Source: a virus
Lineage: Duplodnaviria; Caudoviricetes
DNA length: 52,229 bases
Reading direction: 5' to 3' (one strand)
IMG/VR virus record: IMGVR_UViG_3300049564_000091
Location: 1 to 52,229 of that record
Of the stretch, positions 26,154 to 34,962 are shown piece by piece (position 1 is the stretch's first letter; every line of letters starts with the position of its first letter). The position numbers were made by a program, and so were the translations under genes. The notes below the pieces were generated by a model. It saw nothing but the letters and a program-made list of their open reading frames with translations. It ran no database searches and was not told where the DNA came from.

Positions 26154-27257
26154 ATGTCCAAGAATGCAGCACCCCGACGACAGGTCCAGCAGCCGCGCGC
26201 AGTGGCGGCTCAGCCCGTCGCGGGCTCTCCTCCTCGCCCGCAGCCATCAGCGGCGCCGGCGCCGGCACGCCCAGCCAACGGCGCGACGCTGCCGCAGGCA
26301 CCGAGCGGCCGGATGTCGCTCGCCAAGGTGGTGAGCGGGCGGCTGGTGAAGCCGATGCGCCTGCTGATCTACGGCCTCGAGGGCGTCGGTAAATCGAGCT
26401 TTGCCGCTGCGGCGCCAAGCCCGATCTTCCTCGGCGCCGAGGATGGAACGAGCGAGCTGGACGTCGAGCGCTTCCCGCAGCCCGAGAACTGGGCCGATGT
26501 GATGGAAGCCGTGAGCGAGCTGATCCGAAGGCCCGAGCATCCCTACAAGACGCTGGTGCTCGACACGCTCGATTGGATGGAGCCGCTCGTCTGGCATCAG
26601 GTCTGCGTGATGTGCGCCAAGCCCGGCCGGCCGCCGCTGCGCTCGATCGAGGAGATGGGCTACGGCAAGGGCTATGTCGAGGCAGGCGGGCTCTGGCGGC
26701 AGCTGACGGCGGCGCTGGAGCGCCTGCGGAGCGAGCGCCGCATGGATATCATCCTGCTCGCCCATAGCTGGATCAAGCCCTACAAAAACCCATCGGGCGA
26801 GGACTTCGACCGATTCGAGATGAAGCTTCACAAGGGCGCGGCCGGGCTCTGGCGCGAGTGGTGCGACGCCGTGCTCTTCGCCGCCCATGATGTCACCACG
26901 TACGAGAGCGATGCCAAGCGCGTGAAGGGCATCTCGAGCGGCGCCCGCGTGCTGCGCACCCAGCATGACGCGGCCTGGGATGCGAAGAATCGCTATGACC
27001 TGCCGCCCTCGCTGCCGCTCGACTGGGATGCCTTCGCCGAGGCCGCAACGGCGCATCGGCCGGATGATCCCGAGCGGCTGCGCGCGCAGATCGAGCGCGC
27101 TCTCGAGCAGGTGGCCGACAACGAAAAGCTCTGCGATCGCGTCCGGAATGCCGTCGCGAGCGCAGCCGAGAATGCAGGCGAGCTGGCGCGCATCCTGAAC
27201 AAGCTCGCGGCGAAGATCGCAACCACACCCACGGACGAGGAGGAGGCACCGCAATGA
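26154..27257 (+). CDS. Sak4-like AAA_24 ssDNA-annealing ATPase
   Basis: YGLEGVGKS, TLVLDTLDW, GYGKGY, EWCDAVLF, AKNR. Confidence 0.85.
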   Translation: MSKNAAPRRQVQQPRAVAAQPVAGSPPRPQPSAAPAPARPANGATLPQAPSGRMSLAKVVSGRLVKPMRLLIYGLEGVGKSSFAAAAPSPIFLGAEDGTSELDVERFPQPENWADVMEAVSELIRRPEHPYKTLVLDTLDWMEPLVWHQVCVMCAKPGRPPLRSIEEMGYGKGYVEAGGLWRQLTAALERLRSERRMDIILLAHSWIKPYKNPSGEDFDRFEMKLHKGAAGLWREWCDAVLFAAHDVTTYESDAKRVKGISSGARVLRTQHDAAWDAKNRYDLPPSLPLDWDAFAEAATAHRPDDPERLRAQIERALEQVADNEKLCDRVRNAVASAAENAGELARILNKLAAKIATTPTDEEEAPQ

Positions 27258-27829
27258 ATCTGATACCCGAAGGCACCTGGAAGTGCCGAGGCATCTCATA
27301 CGCGCTCGGCTATACGAGCGCAGATGGCGAGCAGGTCGGCGTCGAGATCATGCTGCTCCCAGATCAGCACGAGGATGTCGATGGCCGGCACCTCACCTGG
27401 TATGGGCAATTCACCGAGAAGGCCGAGCCCTTCACGCTGAAAGCCCTGCGCGTGCTGGGCTGGCAAGGCGACGACATCTCGGACCTGAGCGGCATCATCG
27501 ACGGGCCCGAGTGCGAAGCCGTGATCGGCCACGAGCAAGATCTGCAGGGCGAGTGGCGCCATCGCGTGCGCTTCATCCAAGCCATCGGCGCCGGCGGCGT
27601 CGCGATGAAGTCGAAAATGACCGAGGAGCAATCGAAGGCCTTCGCCGAGCGCATGCGCGGCCGAGTGATGGCCATGAACCGAGCGCAGCCAGCGGCGGCG
27701 CCGGCAGCGAAGCCGAACGCCGCACCGAAGCCCGCGCCGGCGGCGGCACCGAAACCCGCGCCCGCCAAGCAGCGCAAGCAGGCAGCGGCCGAAGCGCCGC
27801 CGCCGGATGACGACAACATTCCCTTCTGA
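27254..27829 (+). CDS. SSB-like protein (DUF669-like)
   Basis: IPEGTW start, Ala/Pro linker, acidic DDDNIPF tail; follows the Sak4-like gene. Confidence 0.75.
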   Translation: MNLIPEGTWKCRGISYALGYTSADGEQVGVEIMLLPDQHEDVDGRHLTWYGQFTEKAEPFTLKALRVLGWQGDDISDLSGIIDGPECEAVIGHEQDLQGEWRHRVRFIQAIGAGGVAMKSKMTEEQSKAFAERMRGRVMAMNRAQPAAAPAAKPNAAPKPAPAAAPKPAPAKQRKQAAAEAPPPDDDNIPF

Positions 27830-27851
27830 GCCCGAACCCGAAGACTGAGCA

Positions 27852-27888
27852 GCAGGCCGGCCGCGCGACATCAGCGCGGCCGGCCTGC
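27852..27888. terminator. Perfect 15-bp GC hairpin
   Basis: GCAGGCCGGCCGCGC-GACATCA-GCGCGGCCGGCCTGC; no U-tract. Confidence 0.55.
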
Positions 27889-27906
27889 CGCGTCGTGAGG
27901 CCGCCA

Positions 27907-28806
27907 ATGACCGAGCAGGAAACGCTACATGGGCAGCTGCTGGATTTCCGGATGCATACGCCCGATGGCTGGGGCGTCGGCACCGTGCAGGCGCAGGATG
28001 GCTCGCTCGCCAAGGTGACCGGGAAGCTCCTCGGCGTGCGCGTGGGCGATACCGTCGAGCTGGCCGGTCAATGGCTCGAGACGAAATACGGCCGGCAGTT
28101 CAAGGTCCGGCAGGCCCAGAGCACGGTGCCGCAGACCACCGCGGGCGTCTGCGCCTGGATGGCGAGCGCGCTGCCCGATGTGGGCGAGCGCCGCGCCCTC
28201 GCCATGGTCTCGCGCTTCGGCGTCGCCGGCCTGTGGGAGACCATCGAAGCGAATCCGCGCGCGCTCTGCTGCATCGATGGCATCACGCCGGAACGCGCCG
28301 ATGCCATCGCCATCGCCTACGAGGAGCAGCGGGCGGATCGCGATGCGATGATCTGCCTGCGCGGCTGGGGCCTCACCGACAAGCAGGTCGAGCAATGCCT
28401 CAAGCACTGGGATGATGCCGCCGAAGTCGTCGAGGAGGTCAGGGCGAATCCCTACGCGCTGATGGAGCACGTGCGCGGCTTCGGCTTCATGCGCGCCGAT
28501 GATGTCGCGCTGCGCTCCGGCACGCCCCACGACTCGCCGATGCGGATCGCTGCGGCGCTCCACCACGTCCTGGGCGAGCAGGTCCAGCAAGGCCATGTCT
28601 TCGTCGCGCAGGGCAAGCTGCGCGTGATGGTCGAGAAGCTCCTCGGCCTGCCCGAGCCGCTGATCTCGAGCGCCCTGCATGACGAGTACGCGCGCTGCCG
28701 GCTCATCGCTCGAGGCGCGCGGGTATATCCACCGCGCCTCGAGCTGGATGAGGGCGAGGCGGCGCACCAGCTGAACCGACTGCTGCGGCTGCAAGGAGCG
28801 CCATGA
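27907..28806 (+). CDS. RecD2-like helicase, N-terminal (OB/HhH) half
   Basis: KYGRQFKV, IDGITPERA, NPYAL...GFGFMRADDVA, GHVF. Confidence 0.82.
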   Translation: MTEQETLHGQLLDFRMHTPDGWGVGTVQAQDGSLAKVTGKLLGVRVGDTVELAGQWLETKYGRQFKVRQAQSTVPQTTAGVCAWMASALPDVGERRALAMVSRFGVAGLWETIEANPRALCCIDGITPERADAIAIAYEEQRADRDAMICLRGWGLTDKQVEQCLKHWDDAAEVVEEVRANPYALMEHVRGFGFMRADDVALRSGTPHDSPMRIAAALHHVLGEQVQQGHVFVAQGKLRVMVEKLLGLPEPLISSALHDEYARCRLIARGARVYPPRLELDEGEAAHQLNRLLRLQGAP

Positions 28807-30098
28807 CTGAACTGCTGCTTGACGCCTCGCAGGAGCGCGCCGTAGATATGGTCTGCAGCGCCCGCGTGGCGATCATTACGGGCGGCCCAGGCACCGGAAA
28901 GTCGACCTGCCTGCGCGTCGCCCTGGACCGCATGGACCGGCGAGGCTCGCGCTACGAGCTCTGCTCGCCCACGGGAAAGGCTGCGAAGCGGCTGAGCGAA
29001 GCCACCGAAGGGCGGCGCGCGCAGACCATCCATCGGCTGCTCGAGTACAGCCCGGGCATGGATGGATTCAAGCGCAACGCCGACAATCCGCTGGAATGCG
29101 ATGTGGTGATCGTCGATGAGGCATCGATGGTCGACACGATGCTCTTCGCCTCGCTGATGCGCGCGATCGCGCCGGCCCGCACGCGCCTGATCCTGGTGGG
29201 CGATGCGAATCAGCTGCCGCCCGTGGGCCCGGGCCGGCCCTTCGGCGACCTGGTCGACTGGGGCCGCGTCCCGACCGTCCGGCTCGAGGTGCTGCATCGC
29301 ACCGCGCTCACCAGCTGGATTCACGTGGCGGCGCAGGACTTGCTGCATGGCCAGATGCCCGCGCTCGAGGCCCGGCCCGACTTCCGCTGGTGCGAGGTGC
29401 ATGATCCGCGCTGGATCATTCCCAAAGTCCGGCGGCTCGTGACGGAGGTCTTCGGCCCAGGCGGGAAGCTCGAGGCCGAGGCGCAGGTGCTCATCCCGCA
29501 GCGGCCCGGGCTCGCGGGCATCGAAGCGGCAAACCCAGCGCTGCAGGAGGCCCTCAACCCGAAGCGCGCCGAGGAGCGCGTCTGGCTGCGCGGCGACTGG
29601 GAGCTGCGCCCGCGCGACCTCGTCATCCAGACCCGCAACGATTACAACCTCGAGGTCTTCAATGGCGAGATCGGCCGCGTGGTGGCCATCGGCCAGGCGC
29701 GCGACGAGCACGACAAGTTCGTCGATTTCTGCGAGGTCCAATTCGCCGGGCATGCGGAGCGCTCGACCTACTTCGCCTCGAACATCGCCGCGCTGCAGCT
29801 GGCCTATGCGCTCACCATCCATCGCACGCAGGGCAGCGAGTTTCCCTGGGCGATTGTGGTCTGCCACTCCACGCATGCCTTCATCCTGAGCCGGCAGCTG
29901 CTCTACACGGCGATCACGAGGGCGAAGGCGGGCGTGGTGCTGGTGGGCGATCGGAAAGGCCTCGAGCGCGCCGTGAACAATCGCCGCACCGATGAGCGCA
30001 ACACCTCGCTGGTGGAGCGGCTCGACGACACGCTCGATCCCGTGGGTCAATATTCGCTGCTCGAGGAGGATGCCGATGGCGCCCCAACCATCCACTGA
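28803..30098 (+). CDS. RecD2-like SF1B helicase, motor half
   Basis: TGGPGTGKS, PTGKAAKRL, VDEASM, GDANQLPPVG, AYALTIHRTQGSE, LYTAITRAK. Confidence 0.9.
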   Translation: MTELLLDASQERAVDMVCSARVAIITGGPGTGKSTCLRVALDRMDRRGSRYELCSPTGKAAKRLSEATEGRRAQTIHRLLEYSPGMDGFKRNADNPLECDVVIVDEASMVDTMLFASLMRAIAPARTRLILVGDANQLPPVGPGRPFGDLVDWGRVPTVRLEVLHRTALTSWIHVAAQDLLHGQMPALEARPDFRWCEVHDPRWIIPKVRRLVTEVFGPGGKLEAEAQVLIPQRPGLAGIEAANPALQEALNPKRAEERVWLRGDWELRPRDLVIQTRNDYNLEVFNGEIGRVVAIGQARDEHDKFVDFCEVQFAGHAERSTYFASNIAALQLAYALTIHRTQGSEFPWAIVVCHSTHAFILSRQLLYTAITRAKAGVVLVGDRKGLERAVNNRRTDERNTSLVERLDDTLDPVGQYSLLEEDADGAPTIH

Positions 30099-30110
30099 GC
30101 GAGGTGCCCC

Positions 30111-30380
30111 GTGAGCGTCCGCATCCTGCCTGAAGATCAGCTGGCCTATGCGCGCGAGCGCGTGGTGGCCTGGTGCAGCAAGCAGTATCCCGAGATGACG
30201 CTCGGCGAGGTGCAACACCTGGCCATCCTGGTGGCGGTCGAGCGCCAGAAGGTGATGGCCGAGTACGATCCGAGCCCGCGCCGCGAGCGGCGCGTCTGTG
30301 CTCCGGAGGGCCTGCCGGTGACGCTGCCCTCCGGAATGCTGAGCGAGGATGAAGTCACCGAGCCGCGAGGCAAGAAATGA
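30111..30380 (+). CDS. Hypothetical protein
   Basis: GAGG RBS; coupled to the next gene. Confidence 0.55.
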   Translation: MSVRILPEDQLAYARERVVAWCSKQYPEMTLGEVQHLAILVAVERQKVMAEYDPSPRRERRVCAPEGLPVTLPSGMLSEDEVTEPRGKK

Positions 30381-30982
30381 AAGTCAGCACGCTGAAGGGC
30401 GTCAATGCATATCCGCTCCAATGGCCTGCGGGCTGGAGCCGCACGAAATTCCCGAAGCGCTCGCCCTATAAGCTGCCGCTGGACCGCGCGCTGCAGGAGC
30501 TCACCACCGAGCTGCGGCTCTTCCGGGCGAAGGACTTCGTGGTCTCCACCAATGTGCAACCGCGCCTCGCCGGCCTGCCTGCCGGCCCAGCGGCGGTGCG
30601 CGACGCCGGCGTGGCGGTGTACTGGGAAGATCCAGAAGGCCGCCCGCGCGTGATGGCCTGCGATGCCTGGGACTCCGTGCGCGGCAATGTCCGGGCGGTC
30701 GCGATCACCATCAATGCCCTGCGGCAGATCGAGCGCTCGGGCGCTTCGCAGCTGCTCGAGCGAGCCTTCACGGGCTTCGCGGCGCTGCCGGCCGATGCAG
30801 GCGCGAGCAGCTGGCGCGAGGTGCTGCAAGTGCGCGAGGGCCCGATCACTCGAGCAGAAGTCGAAGCGGCGTTCCGCATCCGCGCGAAGGCAGCGCACAT
30901 CAACGGAGCCGATACCGAGGAGCTGATTACCGTCAACCGAGCGCGCGATGATGCGCTGCGAGAGCTGCGAGGCACGCCATGA
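30377..30982 (+). CDS. Conserved phage protein with a degenerate C-terminal J-like domain
   Basis: YPLQWPAGW, DAGVAVYW, MACDAW, FTGFAALP; HPD replaced by HIN. Confidence 0.7.
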   Translation: MKVSTLKGVNAYPLQWPAGWSRTKFPKRSPYKLPLDRALQELTTELRLFRAKDFVVSTNVQPRLAGLPAGPAAVRDAGVAVYWEDPEGRPRVMACDAWDSVRGNVRAVAITINALRQIERSGASQLLERAFTGFAALPADAGASSWREVLQVREGPITRAEVEAAFRIRAKAAHINGADTEELITVNRARDDALRELRGTP

Positions 30983-31389
30983 CGATCGTCTGGACGCCGG
31001 TGATCGTCGAGACGCCCTACGCCGGCGCGGTGCCGTTGCACCTGCGCTATCTGCGGGCTTGCATGCGCGATTGCCTGATGCGCGGCGAGGCGCCCTTCGC
31101 CTCGCATCACCAGTACACGGCGCCGGGCGTGCTGCGCGATGAGCTGGCCGAGGAGCGCGCGCGCGGCATCCAGGCGGGCGGCGCTTGGCGCGCGCTCGCG
31201 CATCGGGCGGTGTTCTACACCGACCTCGGCTGGTCAAGGGGTATGCACGCCGGGCTCGCGGCGACGGCGGCGCTCGCGCAGCCATGGCATCAGCGCTCGC
31301 TCGGCAGCGATTGGCTCGAGGAACAGCTCCGGCGCGAGCAGCATGGCGAGGCGCTGCTCGACTGGCTCCGGAGCGTCGCGCTGCCATGA
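30979..31389 (+). CDS. Conserved phage protein, paralogue 1 (nucleoside deoxyribosyltransferase-like fold suspected)
   Basis: VETPYAG, RGEAPFASH, DLGWSRGM. Confidence 0.65.
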   Translation: MTIVWTPVIVETPYAGAVPLHLRYLRACMRDCLMRGEAPFASHHQYTAPGVLRDELAEERARGIQAGGAWRALAHRAVFYTDLGWSRGMHAGLAATAALAQPWHQRSLGSDWLEEQLRREQHGEALLDWLRSVALP

Positions 31390-31781
31390 CGCCCGTGCTC
31401 CTCGAGTCGCCCTATCAGGGCGAAGTGCCGCTCCATCTGCGCTATCTGCGGGCTTGCATGCGCGATTGCCTGCTGCGCAACGAGTCGCCCTTCGCCTGGG
31501 CGCATCTCTACGCGGCGCCCGGCGTGCTGCGGCACGAGTACCTCGAGGAGCGCGAGCTGGGCATGCAGGCGAAGCTCACGTGGCGGCAGTTCGCCGAGCG
31601 CACCGTGTTCTACAGCGACCTCGGCTGGAGCGATGAGATGGTGCGCAGCCGCAACACCTGCACGCGCGAGGGCTGGACCTATGAGGTGCGGTTTCTGAAT
31701 GAGGGCTGGCTCATCGGCCAGCTGGAGCGCGAGGCCAGCAGCGAGGCGCTCGAGGACTGGCTGCGCAGCTTCGGAGGCTGA
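31386..31781 (+). CDS. Conserved phage protein, paralogue 2
   Basis: LESPYQG, NESPFAWAH, DLGWSDEM; ATGA overlap. Confidence 0.65.
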   Translation: MTPVLLESPYQGEVPLHLRYLRACMRDCLLRNESPFAWAHLYAAPGVLRHEYLEERELGMQAKLTWRQFAERTVFYSDLGWSDEMVRSRNTCTREGWTYEVRFLNEGWLIGQLEREASSEALEDWLRSFGG

Positions 31782-31785
31782 GCCA

Positions 31786-31986
31786 ATGAGCGAGCCGATC
31801 AGCGATGAAGACCTGGAAAGGCTGGCAGATAAGCTGCTTGCCAAGATGCTTTCCAGGTTGGCTCGGCGCGCGGCGCAGGGCTCACTTACAGAGCCGCCTC
31901 CTGCGCCGCACAAACGCCCTTCGCCCGAGGCCTTCGCCCGGGTCGAGGAGCTGCGGCAGCGCCGCGTCGGCAGGCGGAGGCGATAG
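31786..31986 (+). CDS. Small basic protein upstream of the integrase (excisionase position)
   Basis: 66 aa; stop abuts the integrase GTG. Confidence 0.5.
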   Translation: MSEPISDEDLERLADKLLAKMLSRLARRAAQGSLTEPPPAPHKRPSPEAFARVEELRQRRVGRRRR

Positions 31987-33303
31987 GTGGGCAGAAGAGC
32001 GAAGGGCACGGTCAAGCACCAGGGCGGCAAGTCGATTGCCATCCTGCGCGGCGAGTACCTCGGCTCGCATGAGAACGACGCGCTGGCGCAGGAGGCGATC
32101 GATGCGGCGCTCGAGATGGATGCGGGCAAGCTCGCCAATACGCTCGCGGTGCATGGCGTCGCCTGGATGGATGCGCGCGAGGAGGATGGCGATACGCGAG
32201 GCATCGACGAGGAATGGAGCGTCTGGCGCAACCACATTGCGACGGCGCCCTTCTACGGCAAGGTGGCGCCGAAGATCCTGCCGAGCGAGATCACCAAGCA
32301 TCTGAAGCAGCTCACCAAGAAGCGCGTGGTGCATGTGCTGCGGAAGAAATCAGGCCTCGAGCGCCGCGAGCTGGATCGCACGCTCAGCTGGGAGGTCATC
32401 AATCGCGTGCGGCGCCTGCTGCGCCAAGCCTTCCAATCGATGGTCGATGATGGCCTGCTCGCCGTGAACCCCGTGCTCGCCTCCAAGATGCCGAAGATGG
32501 AAGGCCACGCCGAGGAGGAGGACGAGGAGTGGACGTTTCTCTTCGCCGAGGAGATCACCGCGCTTTTCGATTTCATCGAATCGATCGTGCCGACCGAGCC
32601 CGCCATCCTCGCGCGGCTCAAACCCCGAACGCTGGAGCGCCTCGAGCAGCGCCGCTGCTTCTATCGGGCGGTGTATGCGCTGGCCGTGTATGGCGGCCTG
32701 CGGCAGGGCGAAATCTTCGGCCTGCACTGGGAGGACATTCACTTCGAAGCGCGCGGCCTGGGCGACCGCTCCAATAGCCTGAAAGTCCGGCGCACGCGCA
32801 ACATGGGCCGCGCTCCGAAGTCGGAATCGAGCAAGCGCTGGGTGCCTCTGCTGCCGCCGCTGCGAGCTGCGCTCGAGGCTTGGCGCAAGCACGGCGGCGT
32901 GCTGAAGGCCATCGGGAAGGTCTTCCCGGCCGATGGCGCCGCCGGCCAGGGCAACAAGCCCAAAGCGCTGGGCGGCTATTTCGGCACGTCGTACGACGCA
33001 GCCTGGGAGGTTCGCTTCCGGCGCATCGCCTGCGGGCGCGAGCGCGATTACGTCACCTTCCACGACCTGCGGCATACCTGCGCATCGCACCTGATCATGG
33101 GCAGCTGGGGCCTGCCGCTCACGCCCTTCGAGGTGATGGAGTGGCTTGGCCACGCCGACCTGAAAACCACCAAGCGCTATATGCATCTCGCGCCGGGCGC
33201 CCTCGAGGAGCTGGTGCGCAAGATGGGTCAGGGCGTGAGCAAGGCCGAGGCCGCGCGCCGCGCCGAGCTGACGCGCCGGATGATGCAGTACGGCAAGCGC
33301 TAA
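31987..33303 (+). CDS. int: Tyrosine integrase
   Basis: GLRQGE (R), PKS (K), FHDLRHT, LGH, TTKRY. Confidence 0.92.
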   Translation: MGRRAKGTVKHQGGKSIAILRGEYLGSHENDALAQEAIDAALEMDAGKLANTLAVHGVAWMDAREEDGDTRGIDEEWSVWRNHIATAPFYGKVAPKILPSEITKHLKQLTKKRVVHVLRKKSGLERRELDRTLSWEVINRVRRLLRQAFQSMVDDGLLAVNPVLASKMPKMEGHAEEEDEEWTFLFAEEITALFDFIESIVPTEPAILARLKPRTLERLEQRRCFYRAVYALAVYGGLRQGEIFGLHWEDIHFEARGLGDRSNSLKVRRTRNMGRAPKSESSKRWVPLLPPLRAALEAWRKHGGVLKAIGKVFPADGAAGQGNKPKALGGYFGTSYDAAWEVRFRRIACGRERDYVTFHDLRHTCASHLIMGSWGLPLTPFEVMEWLGHADLKTTKRYMHLAPGALEELVRKMGQGVSKAEAARRAELTRRMMQYGKR

Positions 33304-33389
33304 TCGTCCGGCCAGCAGCTCGCCGCGATGATGCCGATGGCGGCGAGCACCAGCACGGCAAGCAGGATCCAGGTGGTCAGCGGGCTCAC
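33300..33389 (-). CDS. 29-aa single-TM peptide
   Basis: VSPLTTWILLAVLVLAAIGIIAASCWPDD. Confidence 0.5.
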   Translation of the reverse strand: MSPLTTWILLAVLVLAAIGIIAASCWPDD

Positions 33390-33393
33390 GGCT

Positions 33394-33486
33394 TCAGCGC
33401 CCGATGATCTGCTCAAGCGCCAAGATGAACAGCAATAGGCCTATCAGGAGGACCAGCAAGACGCCTATCAGGGTCCCGAAGTTCAT
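33394..33486 (-). CDS. 30-aa single-TM peptide
   Basis: MNFGTLIGVLLVLLIGLLLFILALEQIIGR; ATGA overlap. Confidence 0.55.
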   Translation of the reverse strand: MNFGTLIGVLLVLLIGLLLFILALEQIIGR

Positions 33487-33575
33487 GGGATTCCGAAGGC
33501 CACGCGCTGCGCAGCGATGGTGAGGGCGATCAGCACGAAGATCGCAAGCAGCAGCCAGGCAGCCATCGCGTTCAC
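33483..33575 (-). CDS. 30-aa single-TM peptide
   Basis: VNAMAAWLLLAIFVLIALTIAAQRVAFGIP; GTGA overlap. Confidence 0.55.
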   Translation of the reverse strand: MNAMAAWLLLAIFVLIALTIAAQRVAFGIP

Positions 33576-33724
33576 GGCTTCACCACTTCGCTCACCATCC
33601 GCAGCAAGCGCAGCAGCACGGCGACCTCGGCCGCCAGCTCGCAGCCGTCGCAGGGCTGCTCGCAATCGCCCTGATGCTTCGCCAGAAGGCGCTCGACCTC
33701 ATCCAGGCTCGGTCTCGGTTTCAT
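33572..33724 (-). CDS. 50-aa His/Cys-containing protein
   Basis: MKPRPSLDEVERLLAKHQGDCEQPCDGCE...; GGGG RBS-like sequence. Confidence 0.5.
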   Translation of the reverse strand: MKPRPSLDEVERLLAKHQGDCEQPCDGCELAAEVAVLLRLLRMVSEVVKP

Positions 33725-34004
33725 GTTTCCCCCTGCGGCGCGCTAAGCAATCCTTTTCCCACTGCGTCACCGTCGCCGCCATCGCTCTGACGGCCTCCGG
33801 CGGCAACTCGCTCAGCAGATCCGCGAAGCGCGCGACCAGCTCCTCGAAATCCGCCAGCAGATAGCAGGCCTGGTGCTCGCGCCCGATGGTTTCGTCGAGC
33901 TGCTCCTCGAGCGACGTGCCCTCCTTTTCCCATCGTGCGCTTGCCTCGAATGCCTCGGCCAGGATGTCCAGCGCAATCGGGCAGCGAAGACTTGGCGTCG
34001 TCAT
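33699..34004 (-). CDS. Hypothetical protein
   Basis: 101 aa, GAGG RBS, ATGA overlap. Confidence 0.55.
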   Translation of the reverse strand: MTTPSLRCPIALDILAEAFEASARWEKEGTSLEEQLDETIGREHQACYLLADFEELVARFADLLSELPPEAVRAMAATVTQWEKDCLARRRGKHETETEPG

Positions 34005-34204
34005 GCTTCCTCGGCGCGCACGAGGCCGTGCAGAGCTGCGAGCATAGCGCTATCGCCGAGGCCGAGCACCAGCACGCCCGCATGCCCGCCTCGATTCCAG
34101 ACCTGGACGTGCTCATGCGAGCCGAGCCGCTCGACCAGCAGCGCGCTGATCAGACAATCGGCCGGCGCCTGCCGCGCATCCGGCGTGATGTAGCGCCGCC
34201 TCAT
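34001..34204 (-). CDS. Hypothetical protein
   Basis: MRRRYITP...HVQVWNRGGHAG; coupled. Confidence 0.55.
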   Translation of the reverse strand: MRRRYITPDARQAPADCLISALLVERLGSHEHVQVWNRGGHAGVLVLGLGDSAMLAALHGLVRAEEA

Positions 34205-34308
34205 GACTGCGCCGCCTTCCACAGCTCAACGAGCACGTGGGCGATCAAGGCTGCGCTGATCGCGATGCACAGGTAGGCGCCCGCCTGGAGCCAGAAGATC
34301 CGCCTCAT
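34201..34308 (-). CDS. 35-aa single-TM peptide
   Basis: MRRIFWLQAGAYLCIAISAALIAHVLVELWKAAQS; ATGA overlaps on both sides. Confidence 0.55.
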   Translation of the reverse strand: MRRIFWLQAGAYLCIAISAALIAHVLVELWKAAQS

Positions 34309-34700
34309 GACGGCGCCCGGCCGGCGAACATCGCCTCGATCGCATCCAGCAGCAGGGCGAAGGAGGCGCTTGCCTCGCTCGGCAGCAGCTCGCGCGCGCC
34401 GAAGGCCTCGGCATCGCGCTCGGCCGCCAGCAGCACCAGGCCCACCACCTGGAGCGCCGCCGGCACATCGCGGCTGATCACCCGAATGATATCGGGCCGG
34501 CGCCTGCTGATCAGGCCCGCCACCACGCCCATACCTCGCATGATGTCGGTGACCCGCAGGTTGGGGACGCTGCCGCCGCCCATCGCCGCCTCGAGTTCTG
34601 CCGCGCATTCGCGCTTCGCTCCGCCGGCCGCGCGCCAAACCACCACTCGCCCGATGAGCGCGCCCATCAGCGCCTCGAGCCTCTTTTCGCTTCGATTCAT
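34305..34700 (-). CDS. Hypothetical protein
   Basis: First ORF left of attP. Confidence 0.5.
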   Translation of the reverse strand: MNRSEKRLEALMGALIGRVVVWRAAGGAKRECAAELEAAMGGGSVPNLRVTDIMRGMGVVAGLISRRRPDIIRVISRDVPAALQVVGLVLLAAERDAEAFGARELLPSEASASFALLLDAIEAMFAGRAPS

Positions 34701-34717
34701 GCCCACCCCCGTGCGCG

Positions 34718-34903
34718 ATAAAAGGAATTATAAAGGGAACGAGTTTTTGGCCATATATCTAAGTCATCGGAATCATTGCGCGCGATGGGCGATTCGAACG
34801 CCCGGCCCTTGGCTCCGGAGAGTAATGGTGGCGCCAGCGATTCCGCGAGGTTGGGCTGCAAATTCCCTAAATGTTCCTCTTATCGGCCGGGCATAAAAGG
34901 AAC
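34718..34903. repeat. Integrase arm-type repeats flanking the attP core
   Basis: ATAAAAGGAAT 34718, ATAAAGGGAAC 34730, inverted copies at 34862 and 34873, ATAAAAGGAAC 34893. Confidence 0.7.
34777..34820 (-). mobile_element. attP core = 3' half of tRNA-Arg(CCG)
   Basis: Minus strand reads CT-CCG-GA-GCCAA-GGGCC-GGGCG-TTCGAAT-CGCCC-ATCGCGC-G: anticodon loop, T-arm and acceptor 3' strand; no 5' half. Confidence 0.85.
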
Positions 34904-34932
34904 AAGGGCCGCCCATTGCTGAGCGGCCCTTG
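34893..34932 (-). terminator. Intrinsic terminator for the leftward early genes
   Basis: CAAGGGCCGC/GCGGCCCTTG stem followed by TTCCTTTTAT on the minus strand. Confidence 0.65.
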
Positions 34933-34962
34933 CCGATGGCGTTTCGCTGGAGGCCAGGCGCC

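Noticed and set aside
30800-30982. Functional DnaJ co-chaperone
   Set aside because: The HPD motif is replaced by HIN; the family is common in phages
34777-34820. Functional tRNA gene
   Set aside because: Only the anticodon loop to the 3' end is present; no D-arm or 5' acceptor strand, so it is better explained as the attP core
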